64,000 nucleotides of DNA, from assembly GCF_009914755.1 (NCBI RefSeq), contig NC_060940.1; one strand, written 5' to 3'. Positions 1 through 18,612 of this stretch are shown piece by piece. Each line of letters begins with the position of its first letter. Position 1 is the stretch's first letter. The translations under genes were made by a program, and so were the position numbers. The notes under the pieces were generated by a model that was not told the DNA's origin, ran no database searches, and worked only from the letters and a program-made list of their open reading frames with translations. Origin of the DNA: the human T2T-CHM13v2.0 reference genome, Homo sapiens.

Positions 1-2150
1 GCACTTATTTGCAGATAACATTACTCTCTATATAGAAAATCCCAAGGAATCTACAAAAACATTCCTATAAGTGTGGTTCAACAAAGTCATAGGATATAGC
101 ATAAACATATAAAAATAAATTATATTTCTATATACTAGCAATGAATGTATGGACACTGAAATTAATACCATAATCACTCAAAAAAGTGAAATAATTAGGT
201 ACAAATCTAACAAAACACATACAACATTTGTATGCTGAAGAGTACACAATGCTGATGAAAGAAAACAAAGATTTGGCTGGGTGTGGGGGCTCATGTTTAT
301 AATCCCAGCACTTCGGGAGACTGAAGCAGGAGGACTGCTTGAGCCTAGGAGTTGGAGAACAGCCTAGGCAACATGGCAAGACCCCATCTCTACAAAAAAT
401 AAAGTAAAAAATGTTAGCTCAGTGTTGTGCCATGCACCTTTAGTCCCAGCTACTTGAGAGGCAGAGTTGGGAAGATGGCTTGAGCCCAGGAGACTGAAGC
501 TATGCCATAAGCCGTGTTCATGCCACCGCATTCCAGCCTGAGTGACAGAACAAGTCCCTATCTCAAAAAAAAAAAGAAATCAGAGATTTTAAATAAATGG
601 AGAAATACATTGTTTTCAAAGATTGGAAGGCGTTAATCCTTCCCAAATTGACATATGGGTTTATTAAAGTTCCTATCAAAATCTCAGCATGATCTTTCGT
701 GGATATAGACAAAATTATTTTAACATTTGTATTGAAAAGCAAAGGAACCAGGGTAGCTGAAACAATTTTGAAAAAAACAAAGTAGGAGAAATCACTCTAC
801 CTGATTTTAAGACTTAATGTATAGCTACAGGTATTGGTGGAGGGATGGCTACACAGATTAGTGAAACAGAATAGGAAAAGAAATGAACCATGACCTAAAC
901 CTCACACCTTATACCAAAATTAACTAGAAAATGGATCACAACCTTATGTAAAATATAACGCTATAAAAATTTTAGAAAAAAAATAGGAGAAAATCAGGAT
1001 CTATGGCTAGGCAGAGTTCTTATCACCAAAACCTCAACTCATAAAAGGAAAAACTGATACAGTGGACTTCATCAAAATTAAATACTTTGCTCCATAAAAG
1101 GCCATATGAAGAAGGTGAAAAGACAAGCTACAGAGTGGCAAAAAATGTCTCCAAACCACATACCTGACAACGGACTAGTATCTAGAATATACAGAGAACT
1201 CTCAAACCTCTACAGTAAAGAAGAACAAACAATCCAATTAGAAAATGGGGCAAAAGTCACAGATATTTCACTAAAGAGGATATAAGGGTGGCAAATAAGC
1301 ATATGAGAAAATGCTCAACATCATTAACAACTGGGGAAATGACAATTAAAACCACAATGAGATATCACTACACACTTATCAGAATGGCTAAAACAAAAAA
1401 TAGTCAAAACACCAAATGCTCTTGAGGACATGGAGAAACTAGACCACTCAAACATTGCTAGTAGGATGGTACAACTACTCTGAAAACATTTTAGCGGTTT
1501 CTTTAAAAAAAAAAAACCTAAACATGCAACTACTATATGACCTACAATTGCATCCATTGTCACTTACTCCTTAAAAAATGAAAACTGTGTTCACACAAAA
1601 ACCTGTACCCGAACGTTTATAGCAGCTTTACTGACAATAGGCAAAAACTGGAGACAATCTAGACATCCTTCCACAAGTGACAAAACAAACCGTGGAACAA
1701 CCACACATTGGACTATTCCTCCACAGTAAAAAGGAGCAAGCTATTGGTACATACAACGACCTAGGTGAAGCTCCACAGAACCACACTAAGTGAGAAAAGC
1801 CAATCCCAAAGAGCCACATACTGTGTGATTCCATTTCTACATTTTTGAAATGATGAAATAAATAGAAATGAAAAACAGCTTAAGGTGTGCCTGCAGTTAA
1901 GGAAGAGGTTGGTGGGAGAGGCAGGTGAGTTTGGCTCTAGGAGGGCAGCATGAGGGGTCCCTGTGGTGATGGGAATATTCTTCTACTGACAGGATCGATG
2001 TCAGTATTCTGGTTGTGATGTTGCACGACAGTTTCACAAGATGTTACCATTAGGGGACACTGGTGAAGGGCATAATGCAGGACCTCTCCCTGTTACTTCT
2101 TACAACACTGTGTGAATCTACAATTACAAAGTTATAATTTTAAGGGTCTA
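1..2150 (+). mobile_element. Old L1M (L1MC/L1ME-type) ORF2 and 3' fragment, interrupted by an AluJ at ~275-576
   Basis: Degenerate ORF2 motifs (ttatttgcagataac..., gaaatgacaattaaaaccacaatgagata) and an L1M 3'UTR-type tail. Confidence 0.8.
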
Positions 2151-2376
2151 AACCTCTCTTAAAGCTACATAAAGTCATTGTGAGATGTATTACTTTTCTT
2201 CCTATCATTTGAAAATGCTACATGAGAAGACCCTTGCACAGTTGAGTTTGACTGACTTGGTAGAGATGACTGTCTGAAGAGAGTGGGAGTACACACATAC
2301 ATCTTGGTCCCATATTTCATATATTCATTTACAACTTAAACACAAACTACTTCCCCAAGAGGACAAGAGCTTCTAC

Positions 2377-2495
2377 CTTGGCGCCATATAAATCCGAGTT
2401 CTTCATTAGAAACTCTGCTGATGTCCGCACTGTGACTCCGGTCGTCTCACACTGCAGCACACAGTTTTCCAGCGTAGTCTTACCACGGTGAACAA
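2377..2495 (-). CDS. SHCBP1: SHCBP1 coding exon 10 (IVHRGKTTLENCVLQ...LYGAK, 119 nt); remaining exons lie left of the window
   Basis: Overlaps ORF 2347..2547; acceptor cccag| and donor |gtagaa; cumulative 1464 nt = 488 codons. Confidence 0.96.
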
Positions 2496-3048
2496 CTGGG
2501 ATGAAAATACACGCTGACTGTTTTAAGAAGTAATGTGCCTTTTCCAATGTTAGAGATAGCCTCGCGCTGACATTAGCTATGGTCTAAATATTTCTCAATG
2601 GCTATCATTTAAATTTTCTTACCTAAATTACAAATTCATAAAATATAAAACAATGACTATTTTGAGTTATTTTCTACAATCTAAAAGCAACATTCTTTAA
2701 AAAGAATGACTTGACCTCAGATACAAAAGCACTTTCCATTACCAGAAAAAAAAAGCATCAGAGAGCAATTTTGCTGAGTATCTCGGAAGAAAAAGACTTT
2801 GATTCAAGAAAGGGGATACAAAGATTCCAGGAAACAAACATTACTCCCATGTGGAGATAACTTCAGTCTAGTGCTACCTTGAATACAGAGAAAACAGACC
2901 ACAACACTGGAAAGTTTTAAAAGAAAAAAATCACCACACAGAAAAGAAACTAATATTAAACAACAAATTATCATGAATAGGCTATTTTTTACTGAAGGGT
3001 TAAGATTGCTAAGTCATCACACTATGTACATAAAAAAATAATTTTCTA

Positions 3049-3859
<811 letters not shown>

Positions 3860-3877
3860 TAATCAGTCTTCCATACA

Positions 3878-6488
3878 CACTCATACTCCAGAGATATTGC
3901 AGGTTGAGTTCCAAACCACCACAATAAAGGAAATATCACAATTAAAGTGAGTCACACAATTTTTTTGGTTTCCCAGTGCATACAAATGTTTATGGGAGTC
4001 TGGGGTGGGTGGATCACTTAAGGCCAGGAGTCTGAGACCAGCCTGGGCAACATCGTGAAACCCCATCTCTAAAAAATACAAAAATTAGCAAGACGTGATG
4101 GCACACGCCTGTAGTCCCAGCTACTTGGGGGGCAAAGGCAGAATTGCTTGAGCCCAGGAGTTTGAGGCTACAGAGAGCTATGATCATGCTATTGCACTCT
4201 AGCCTAGATGACAGTGAGACTGTCTCTAAAAACAAAAAAAAATAAAAGTTGTGTTTATACTAATGAGCATATGAGTTTATACTAATGAGTACTATGTTTA
4301 TAATGCATCTATTAAGTGTACAAAGGCATTATGTTTTTTAACAATATATACATCTTAATTTAAGATACTTTGTTTTGCTAAAACATGCTAACAATCCTCT
4401 GAGCCTTCAGCAAGACATAATCTTTTTGCTGGTGGAGGGTCTTACCTCAATGTTGATGGCTGCTTACTGATCAGAATGGTGTTTGCTGAAGGTTAAGGTG
4501 GCTATGGCAATTTTTAAAAATAAGACAACAATGAAGTTTGCCACATTGATTGACTCTTCCTTTCATGAAAGGATTTCTCTGTAGCATGTGATCTTGTTTG
4601 ATAGCACTTTACACACAGTAGAAGGTTTTTCAAAATTGGAGTCAATCCCATCAAAGTCTGCCTCTGCTTTACCAAGTTTACCTAATACTCTAAATCATTT
4701 GTTGTCATTCAACCATGTTCACAGCATCCTCCCCAGGAAATTCTATCTCAGGAAACCACCTTCTTCGCTCATCCATAAGAAGCAATTCCTCATCTGTTCC
4801 AATTTTGTTATAAGATTGTAGCAATTCAGTCACGTCTTGAGGTTCTACTTGCTATCATCAGGCTCTAGTTCTCTTGCTATTTCCACCACATCTGCAGTTA
4901 CTTCCTCAATTCAAGTCTTGAACCCCTCAATCATCCATGAGGGCTGGAATCAACTTCTCCAGAACCCCTGTTAATGTTGAGATTTTAACCTCCTCCCATG
5001 AATCACAAATGTTCTTAATGACATCTAGAATGATGACTCCTTCCCAGAAACTTTTCAATTGACTTTGCCCAGACCCATCGGAGGAATCACTATCAATAGC
5101 TGGTATAGCCTTAGGAAGTGTATTTCTCAAATAGTAAGATTTGAAAGTCGAAATTACTCCTTGATCCATGGGCTGCAGAATGGATATTATTAGCAGGCAT
5201 GAAAACAACATTAATCTCCCAGTACACCTCCATCACAGCTCTCAGATGACCAGGTACATTGTCAATAAGCAATCATATTTTTAAAGGAATTTTTTTTTTC
5301 AGTAGTAAATCTCAATAATGGGCCTAAAATATTCAGTAAACCACATTATAAACAGATGTGCTACCATTCAGGCTTTGTTGTTCCATTTCTAGGGCACAGG
5401 CAGAGTAGATCTGGCATAATTCTTAAGGGCTCTAGGATTTTCAGAATGGTAAATGAGCACTGGCTTCAACTTAAAGTCACCAGTTACATTCACTCATAAC
5501 AAGAGAGTCAGCCTGTCCTTTGAAGCTGTGAAGCCAAGCACTGACTTCTCCTCTCTAACTATGAAAAGTACTAGATGGAATCTTCTTCCAATAGAAGGTT
5601 ATTTCATCTACACTGAAAATGTGTTGTTTAGTGTATCCACCTTCATCGATTACCTTAGCTAGATCTTCTGGTTAACTTTCTGTAGCTTGCATCAGCACTT
5701 GCTGCTTCACCTTGCACTTTTATGTTACAGAAATGGCTGCTTTCCTTAAACCTCATGAACCAACAGCTGCTAGTTTCAAACTCTTCTTCTACAGCTTCCT
5801 CACCTCCTTCAGTCTTCACAGAATTGAAGGAAGTTAGGGTTCTGCTCTGCAATACGCTCTGATTTAAGGAATGTGGTGGCTGATTTGATCTTCCATCCAG
5901 ACTACAGAAACTTTCTCCATATTAGCAATAAGACTGTTTCACTTTCTTATCATTCATGTGTTCACTAGAGTAGTGCTTTTAATTTCCTTTATGAACTTTT
6001 CCTTTACATTCAAAACTTCACCAACTGACACAAGAGACCTAGGTGTCAGCCTATCTCAGCTTTCGACATGCCTTCCTCACTATGTTAAACATTTCTAATT
6101 TTTAAATTTAACATGAGAGACATGTGACTCTTCCTTTCACTTGAACACATAGATGCCATTGTAGGGTTATTAACTGGCCTAATTTCAATATTGCTGTGTC
6201 TCAAGGAATAGGGTAGCCCAAAGAGAAGGAGAGAGATAGGGGAATGGCTGATCGGTGGAACAGTCAAAACCCACACAATTATCAGTTAAGTTCACCATCT
6301 TTTATGGATGTGGTTCATGGCACCCCAAAACAATTACAGTAGTAACATCAAGATCACTGTTCACAGATCAGCATATTATCTATATTGTGAGAGTTACCAA
6401 AATGTGACACAGAAACACAAGGTGAGCATATGCTCTTGGGAAAATGGTGCCGACAGACTGGCTTGAAAGAGGGTTGCCACAACCTTCA

Positions 6489-6525
<37 letters not shown>

Positions 6526-6567
6526 AAAACTCAGCATCGTGAAGTGCAATAAAACAAGGTATGCCTG
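3878..6567 (-). mobile_element. Near full-length Tigger1 DNA transposon with an AluJ inserted at ~4000-4245
   Basis: Terminal ...aggtatgcctg|ta at 6567. Decayed transposase ORFs 4927..5211 (LQPMDQGVISTFKSYYLR) and 5655..5852. About 2.4 kb after removing the Alu. Confidence 0.92.
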
Positions 6568-6667
6568 TACTCAAGAGTGGCATTTCATTAAATTCTATCT
6601 TCCATAGAGAGAACCGTTTACCTTCAAATCTTAGAACAAATGATATACCAAACATTCAGATACTTAC

Positions 6668-6799
6668 TTAAGATTCCCTCTACAGCATCATGCTGAACAA
6701 ATTTTATGCCTGAGATTTTAATATCAGCACCAGTGCAGTCCACAAAAGTGTCGCCTTTGCCCCTCTTTTCTATCACAATGTCATCTGGTAGGCCATATC
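6668..6799 (-). CDS. SHCBP1: SHCBP1 coding exon 9 (GYGLPDDIVIEKRG...VEGIL, 132 nt; beta-helix region)
   Basis: Overlaps ORF 6624..6860; acceptor ccttag| and donor |gtaagt. Confidence 0.96.
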
Positions 6800-7567
6800 C
6801 TAAGGAAGAGAGAGCAACAACACTCAAGATGGGTGAGGAAAAACATCTAAACGTGAACACTGTAGAACAAGTTTCTCTAGTTTAAATGACTGCAGATGAT
6901 AATGAGACCAGTCAACCATGTTGCATTTAAATAAAATCTATCTCCCCACATATCCTGTTTAATTTAAATCAGGGTATCCAATTTTTAACAATAACAACTC
7001 TCTGACTAGTCCCGTATCAGGAAGACTACCCTATCAACTATCCCACATCAGCTCAGTACTAAATTCACTTTCAAAAGTGCTATAAAAAATAAATAATGTT
7101 CAAGACCAGCCTAGGCAACACAGTGAGATTCCATCTCTACAAAAACCAAAAAAATTAGTCAGGCATGGTGGCATGCACCAATTACTCACTACTCAAGGAG
7201 GCTAAGGTGGGAGGGTCACTTGATCCCAGAATTTTAAGGCTGCAGTAAGCTATGATCATGCCATTGCACTCCAGCCTTCATTCTGGGTGACAGAATGAGA
7301 CCCCATCTCAAAAAATGATAATAATAATAATAAGGACTTACAGCTGAGTCAAAGAACTTTAAAGCACTCACCCTTAGAAGTTTGTTTCTAACTCTAACAT
7401 TCTATGATTCTAATATAAATTACATTTGAATAAACCTAAACAGTTCTCAAGATGATCTAATTTTAATATTCTCTTAAACAGTTGGCTTAAAATCTGACAA
7501 ACTGACTAGTTACAGTTACAGGAAAAAAACAGTCTACCTCATTAACAAATAAAAAGCATCAGATCAA

Positions 7568-8169
<602 letters not shown>

Positions 8170-9456
8170 TCAGATCTGTATAAATCTTACTCAAACCATT
8201 AATGCAAGCCAAACACCTGAGTGGGCTTACAAAAAACTAGAGTATCAGAAAACTAAAGAATTCGCTTGACTTCCATTATAAAACAGAACCACATAGACAA
8301 AGCTGTAAGAAATAACTCTCATTGACTAAAGACGAATCTTTGAGTAAATGAAAGCAGTAACTGTTTTTAACAAGCAAAGCCGCTCAATGTATCTACACTG
8401 GAAGAGGACAAACAAGGCTTTGGGGGCCCTAGAGAATGCAAGGGGACTCCACACACTGGAATGCTACCAGGGGTGGACTCTGGATGCCTGAATTATGAGT
8501 GATTTTGTTTCTGATTGTTGTATGTATCTGACTGTACTTGGCATATTTTCTACAATAACCATTGCTTTTTATCATCAGAAAAATTAAAAGTACAAAAAGA
8601 ATTGCATATTGAGAAAAGATTTTTACACAAATTTTTATATAATTATGTATTTCTTTCCACTTAAAACATAAAACCATTACCTAAATGAATGGATTTTCAA
8701 AACAAGAAAGAAAAACCCTATTGTAAGTACTATTGACACCCTGCACATAGTAGGTACTCAATATATATCTCTTGTTATATTGGTTAGCTATAGATCACTA
8801 TCAGATGAGCTTGAATCTTACTCATGAACACTCCATATATGCACACTAGAGATACCTTGTGATTCCCCAATTCTCAGACCCATACTGTTAGTCAATATAC
8901 AGCCATTTTTATACTTAACTATCAGCATTCTATATGTCCATTTATGACACTCTGGCAATTACATTAAAATTTCCTCACCAATCTAGGAAGAACTCTTATC
9001 TACCATACAAACTATAATATCAGTGTTATTTCCACTATGCCAAAAAATAAAGTGTTTTTATCACAGTGATTTATCTTGCAGATGTGTTATTTATATACAC
9101 ACATCTATTATACATCAAAAATTGGAGAGTAGAAAAGAACAAAAATTACACACATAAAATAAAAAAGGGGGTGAGATGATGTACTAGGAACAGGAGAAAA
9201 CTAAACTTCCAGCTTCAGTTCCATTTAGAAGTACTGACAAGATAAAGAGCATAGCTTAAGCAGTTTCTGAACAGCTGCACAAGTCCCAAAATGATATATG
9301 ATTTTTTGCATTACAAGCTTCACTGCTAACTTGAAGCTATTTTGATAAATAGTTGAACAGGTGTAACTAAATTTGACATGTTATGAAAATATACAGGACC
9401 AAGATGAACAATTGTAAAGTAACCTAAATTTAGAAATCACTCTAAATGAACAATAA

Positions 9457-9810
<354 letters not shown>

Positions 9811-10375
9811 TAAAGTATACTTTGGTCAAGACACAAAGTGTAGCATTTGTGACATTCGGCAAGCATTTAGAGAATTAAGATAATTGGTACCAATTTCAAG
9901 TTAAATGCCCTTCATTATACCTCTCACGAAAATAAGCTAAGTGTGAAACAAAAAACAAAAAGCCATGCACTAACATATCTGCAACATCTATGAGATAAGA
10001 GCAAGCAACAAATTTTTAAAATACTAAAATTTTTAAAAATATTGCTAGGAATTTTTTTTTAATTCTAGAAATTAGATTTCCTTTCCATAAACCACCTACA
10101 ATCTGGAAAGTATGCTTCTTCCTAATGGTCTTTTTTCTATATGAGCCTGTGAACATCTCCCCAACATACACACTGCTACAAAGAACCACAACTCAAATTG
10201 CTGAAACACTGGGTCAACCTCTTTTCAGCTTTCCATGTCCTTAATGTTTCAAGGCAGCTCACTAGAAATCAAATGGGTTCAAATCACATTCTTGGAGTTT
10301 CAACAAGATTGGTGATTTATTGTTTACTTAAACATATCACGTGTGAGAGTTTGGTTGTGTGTCTTCCATACTCAC

Positions 10376-10496
10376 CTTCCAACTCAATGGAGTCAGCAAT
10401 GGAGAAAGTGCCATGTACCACATAATGGCCAGGACAAACAATAACAGTGTCACCTTCGAAGCAGGCATTTATAGCAGACAATGGATCACTATGGAA
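10376..10496 (-). CDS. SHCBP1: SHCBP1 coding exon 8 (FHSDPLSAINACFEGDTVIVCPGHY...IELE, 121 nt)
   Basis: Acceptor ttctag| and donor |gtgagt; frame continuous. Confidence 0.96.
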
Positions 10497-10811
10497 CTAG
10501 AAAACAATAAGAACACATTTGTAAATATACACTCCCAAAAAAGTAATTTGAGTATTACTCTAGGTGACTTCATGTCTTACTTTGAAAATGGAAGCCAAAA
10601 ACTGCATATTGAAGCATCTCCTTTGATAGCGCACTGACCTAACACATGCCTGGTAAGTGACTACTGCTGACGAAAGGCAGGGCTCTCACTACTTCCCATG
10701 CACAGAAAACCGTCTTGGGAAAGCTCCTGTAAATACTTTGTGGGATTTGTGAAAACCTGTGGTGAATCAGAAGGAAAAAAAGCCACCTGGAGTGAGAAAC
10801 TCTCCGTTTAC

Positions 10812-10980
10812 CTGAATTTCTCTTTCTTCCTCACCAGGCTCCTGGCAAAGCCTGTCCGTAAGCAGGGACCGCAGGAGACCAGCCATCATGGTGGAGGAGA
10901 CCACATGAGTGATCTTCTGACCGCTGGAACGGACACCCTTTGCTTGGATGTTAGAATTCTTCTGATAACCAAACACATAC
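10812..10980 (-). CDS. SHCBP1: SHCBP1 coding exon 7 (YVFGYQKNSN...EEREIQ, 169 nt)
   Basis: Overlaps ORF 10767..10976; acceptor tttaag| and donor |gtaaac; follows an 84-nt intron. Confidence 0.96.
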
Positions 10981-11064
10981 CTTAAAGAAACGAAACAGGC
11001 CTATCAGTAAGACAGCAAGTAAGAAAAGATGCTGACTAACTAAGAATTACAAAGACACACATAC

Positions 11065-11298
11065 CTCAACAAAGGATTCTCAATGAGTTTCAGCTTTTGT
11101 TTCAACTGTTCCATCTCCGAATACAATTTTAACCCTTCCACCATGGAGATATTTTCCTGCTCGGAATCAGAGTTACAATTTGACAAACTGCTTCTCAGAT
11201 TTAAAAATTTCCTGTAACTCTCCTCACATTGAGACAACAGATTGTGGTAGTCAACAATAAGTCCTGATGGAACTCGGTCTTCAAGAATGTCATAATGC
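11065..11298 (-). CDS. SHCBP1: SHCBP1 coding exon 6 (HYDILEDRVPSG...ENPLLR, 234 nt)
   Basis: Overlaps ORF 11040..11237; acceptor tttcag| and donor |gtatgt. Confidence 0.97.
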
Positions 11299-12127
11299 CT
11301 GAAAGTTTAAAAGCAAAGTGAAATCCACTGCCTTTCAGGCACATTTTCCTATCATTAAAACAGCCCACTTAGCCCTCAAAGACCCAGTAAGAGTTTTACA
11401 GTATATAACTCAGGTGCATGTTAAGTCTTTCTGAATAGCACTGTAATAATAATAATAATAAGTGGAAGCTGTTGAAAATTTAAAGCACCACTTCCTTAAG
11501 GTCACTAATTTTTCTGCTCTTGAGGAGTTTTTACTTTCTTTCTTGGATCCAAGCATTTGTGCTTTAGAAACACTGAAAGTTCAGGTTACACAATTTTATT
11601 ATTTAATAAGAAATTATTTTCTTCTCATATATTAGATTCAAAAGCTTAATAAGAAGGTGGCAGGGGGCAATTTGGGAGTAGGGGTAGGGAGAGCAGTTTC
11701 TCAAATTGTTTCGCAACAATGTTTAAGATTACTATATTTTTCATGGATCTGAATACGACTTTAAAAATTTTTTAAAGGTTATCATATTTATAGGATCAAA
11801 AAGTAGAAATGACTCAAACAATCTAGTCCCTCCTTCCATTTAAAGCACTATGGCACAAAATTATGCTGAATATTCCCTAAGGAAGATTATTAAAGAATTT
11901 CAAAAAATAAGCCCTTGAGATTCCGAGGGGGAAAAAAAGGTGCCATTACTAATCTAGAGAGTGACTGAAACAAAATGACCTTGTACTGGACAACCATACT
12001 GGCACTTCAAATGTATTAATTTATAAACTTTCTCAAATATAAAAACAGAATACAGAGTATTTCTAGATGCAATAAAATAATTTGTAAATGCACAATCAAG
12101 TTAACAGATATAAAATTAATGGGTTTA

Positions 12128-12455
<328 letters not shown>

Positions 12456-13661
12456 GATGCTCAGGGCCCCATCCAGACCAATTAAATGGGTCTCTGGACA
12501 TACAAGGGTATTTTTTTAAGTTCCCTGGGGATGCTAATGTGTAGCCAAGAGTGAGAACGATTGCCTTAAATGATGTTGTTTTTTTTTAATTTAGTCATGC
12601 TCTAAATAAGATAGGGAAAAACAAATGCAAGATAGAACCATATCTTAAACAAATTTACATCAGACTATGAACACTTAAACATTTTGAATGAATAAAAAAG
12701 AAACTTTTCCCGCTTTTCAAGTAAGTGAATTAGGTGAAGCTTGAAAAGCAAGGATTTTGTCTACTTTGGTTAATCCGAAAGAAACTGAGTGAACAGCTGT
12801 GAAAAAAAAAAGGGAAAAACAAAAAAATTTAAAAATTTTAAAAATAAAAAAAAGAAATTGAGGATGAAACCATGTTCTACTAAGTTGTGAAGATTAAGAC
12901 TCAAATTTTAAAATAAGTCTCTTAGCACTTCCAGTATCCATGCCCGTTAGCTTATTTCTTTTCATTTCTTTTCATTATATTGATACTTCATAGTCTAAAA
13001 GCAATGAAGTAACATTTGTGTCACAGATCCCGAAGTTCTGAAGCAGTGTTGGTTTTTTTCAGACCTCCTTTAGTCACATATAAGCAGTGTGTTTTGAAGC
13101 AGAAAGGAAAAATTTACTGCACAGTACAAAATCCAGACACTCTGGTTTGATCTTGCCTGTTGATAGCCCCACTCCTATCTTAGCCCAGAGACCTTTTTTA
13201 AGTCTGCCTACATTTGATAACATTCCAGTCTCTCCATCAAGTACCACCGTGTCTTCTGCAAAACTACACACGATTCCTCCCTTATGCCATCCCATCTGCC
13301 AGTGATGTACAAGCTATGCATGTAAGTCATTGCTTGTCGTTAGCACATGCAAGGCTATCAAATCAGAATACAATTTTTTTCCAAGTAAAGATTGAATTTG
13401 TCCGATATACGTTATGTTCCCTTATCATATTTCATGTCAATCAAAATCAATCATTTCTTTTTAAGAGCAAAGGTATCAAACCTAGAAAATACTCAAGCTT
13501 ATTGAAATTTTGGGATTTTATTGAATATGCTATGGAAAAATAGGAAATGCACAATGGAAAAACTGGAAAGCCTAAATAGAAATCATAGCCCATTTACGAA
13601 GAGCTAAAATCACACATACATAATTCTAAACCAGGTAGAACTATTAATCAGACTTTCAAAC

Positions 13662-14261
<600 letters not shown>

Positions 14262-14553
14262 TCACACATTTTTTATTTTATTATTATTTACTATTTAAGC
14301 CAAGAGAAACTCACTAAATCGACTTGAGTTCCACAAAAATGTAAAGGCTTACTGCCTTATCTTCTCATCTCATCTTTCACACAGGGGAAAAAAATCATCT
14401 TTCAAACGGGGGGAAAAAAATCATCTTTCACCCAGGGAAAAAATTACCTTCTACAATTATTTTTTTGGAGTGCAATTTATAATTTTATTATTATTGCAGC
14501 ATTGCCTATGAAGTTACTGCTTATGAATACAAGAAAAAATTACTGGTCTTAAA

Positions 14554-14567
14554 GCACCATCTAGTGG
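14554..14567 (-). promoter_or_regulatory. CTCF core motif CCACTAGATGGTGC
   Basis: Reverse complement of gcaccatctagtgg; consensus match only. Confidence 0.55.
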
Positions 14568-15134
14568 GGAGATAAATGCCACATTTAATAAGGTCATTAA
14601 GATTTAAGGCAGGAGGCTGACAAAATATCCTAAGGTAGATCTGCTAGTTCAGCCTGCTGTGTTTCACTGCAGAAACTTAGAGTAAAGCCATATACCTTTA
14701 AAGTATTCTTTACAAAATTAAAGCCAAAAAGTCTTCTATAATTCAAATAATGTCACTGTTTTTCAAACAATCGAATTTAACAAAGGGCTTCTTAACCCAC
14801 TAGTTCAATGTTCAATTGAATTTTATTCAAATTAACAAAACAGTGAGCTACTAATTTAGATGTTCTTGAACTTCCTGCTTTTAGACTCAATTTATAAACA
14901 CTAAAAGCAAGTTTCTCTGCACTTGTACAAGTTTCATTTAATGACTTGTCAAGGGGTGGTACAATTTGTACATCAGTTTATTTCTGTCTATGAGATCCTG
15001 GAAAGAAAATCAGAGAGAGAGAGTGAGTGAGTGAGTGTGGGTGTGTGTGTGTGTGTGTATCTCACACAGGCAAAATTAAACCATGGGTAACTATTTTTCC
15101 AACATGTACAACAAGGTCAGCAATAAATACTTAC

Positions 15135-15227
15135 AATCTTAATCGAGGTTCAACACATCTGACAAAATAATCGTATTCATCCTCCTCTTCTTCATCCCAA
15201 CTCCTCCAAATGTTTTGGTAGAAAAAT
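15135..15227 (-). CDS. SHCBP1: SHCBP1 coding exon 5 (FFYQNIWRSWDEEEEDEYDYFVRCVEPRLRL, 93 nt)
   Basis: Acceptor tttcag| and donor |gtaagt; frame continuous. Confidence 0.96.
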
Positions 15228-15441
15228 CTGAAATGGAACTTAGTATCATTCAAATTCTATCACTGGCTCAAAACATTAGGATTTTGGAGGGGTGAGAGCT
15301 AAAGAGTAAATCAAAACAATTCTCATATCTTAGAGAATGCTGCATATTTGCTATGGTTGATAGTCATGAGTCACACAACATGGAGACCTTTTTTGGATCA
15401 GCTAAAGAAGAGAAGTTTCTCCACACTGGTTTTGTTAGGAC

Positions 15442-17700
<2,259 letters not shown>

Positions 17701-17849
17701 CCATGGGTCATTTAACATGTACTTTATGTTATTTCTAGTAAACTGACAGTAAGATCTACAGACCTGCAGGCCTTCAGGAAGGATTTTTTGCAAGAATACT
17801 TCAAGGGAGGTGTAATGTACTTCAGTCAAGAAGCAGGAAGAACAGAGCC

Positions 17850-18612
17850 TCATTCCTGGCCAAAGCCACTGTCTGTGTGGAGTATGTACATTTTTCCCAT
17901 GTCCGCATGGGTTTTCTCCAGGTACTCTGATTTCCTCCCACATCCCAAAGATGCGCACATGAGGTGAATTCTGTGTCTACCTTGTCCCAGTCTGAGTGTG
18001 GGTGTGTGAGTGCACTCTGTGATGAAATGGGCTCCTGTCCACAGCTGGTTCCTGCCTTGCACCCTGAACTACGGGAATAGGCTTTGGCCACCTGCAACCC
18101 TGAACTGGAATAAGCAGGTTGGAAAGTGAATGAATACAAATTACTGTCAAACAAAAATTCATAAAGTATACAATAATCATACAAATGCACAACAATGAAT
18201 GCTGTGGCATGAAATCGCTCAGTGAGCCCACTATGTTTGTCATTGTTTTGAAGTGGGTGATGGCAGGAGGTGCTCCTTATAATTTCCGCTTTGCAAACAT
18301 TTATTCCTTGATTTACTCGTCACCACAATGACCACTGTCACTCACTGTTTCACCAAAAATTGGAAATTGGGTCAATAATTATCTTGTTTGCATTAATATT
18401 TCTTAATGTATATATAGTTCACATTTATTTCAATGTTTAAGATTAGAATTGTTTGGGGTCTTTATTTAGAAGTTTGATGATGTTTTCATGACCAGAAATA
18501 TGCTGTAGAAACTTTAACTTTTGTTTATATCAGTCAGCCTATGGTAAAATTGGTTTCATTAACATCACAGTTTCTAAGAACCTACCAACAACAGTAACTG
18601 AGGACTTTATTA
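17850..18612 (+). mobile_element. MER6 (Tigger-family) DNA element
   Basis: Diagnostic gccactgtctgtgtggag...cccacatcccaaagatg and terminal ...tgaggacttt. Confidence 0.75.

Noticed and set aside
4927-5852. Domesticated TIGD-like gene
   Set aside because: Fragmented transposase frames inside an ordinary decayed Tigger1 copy.
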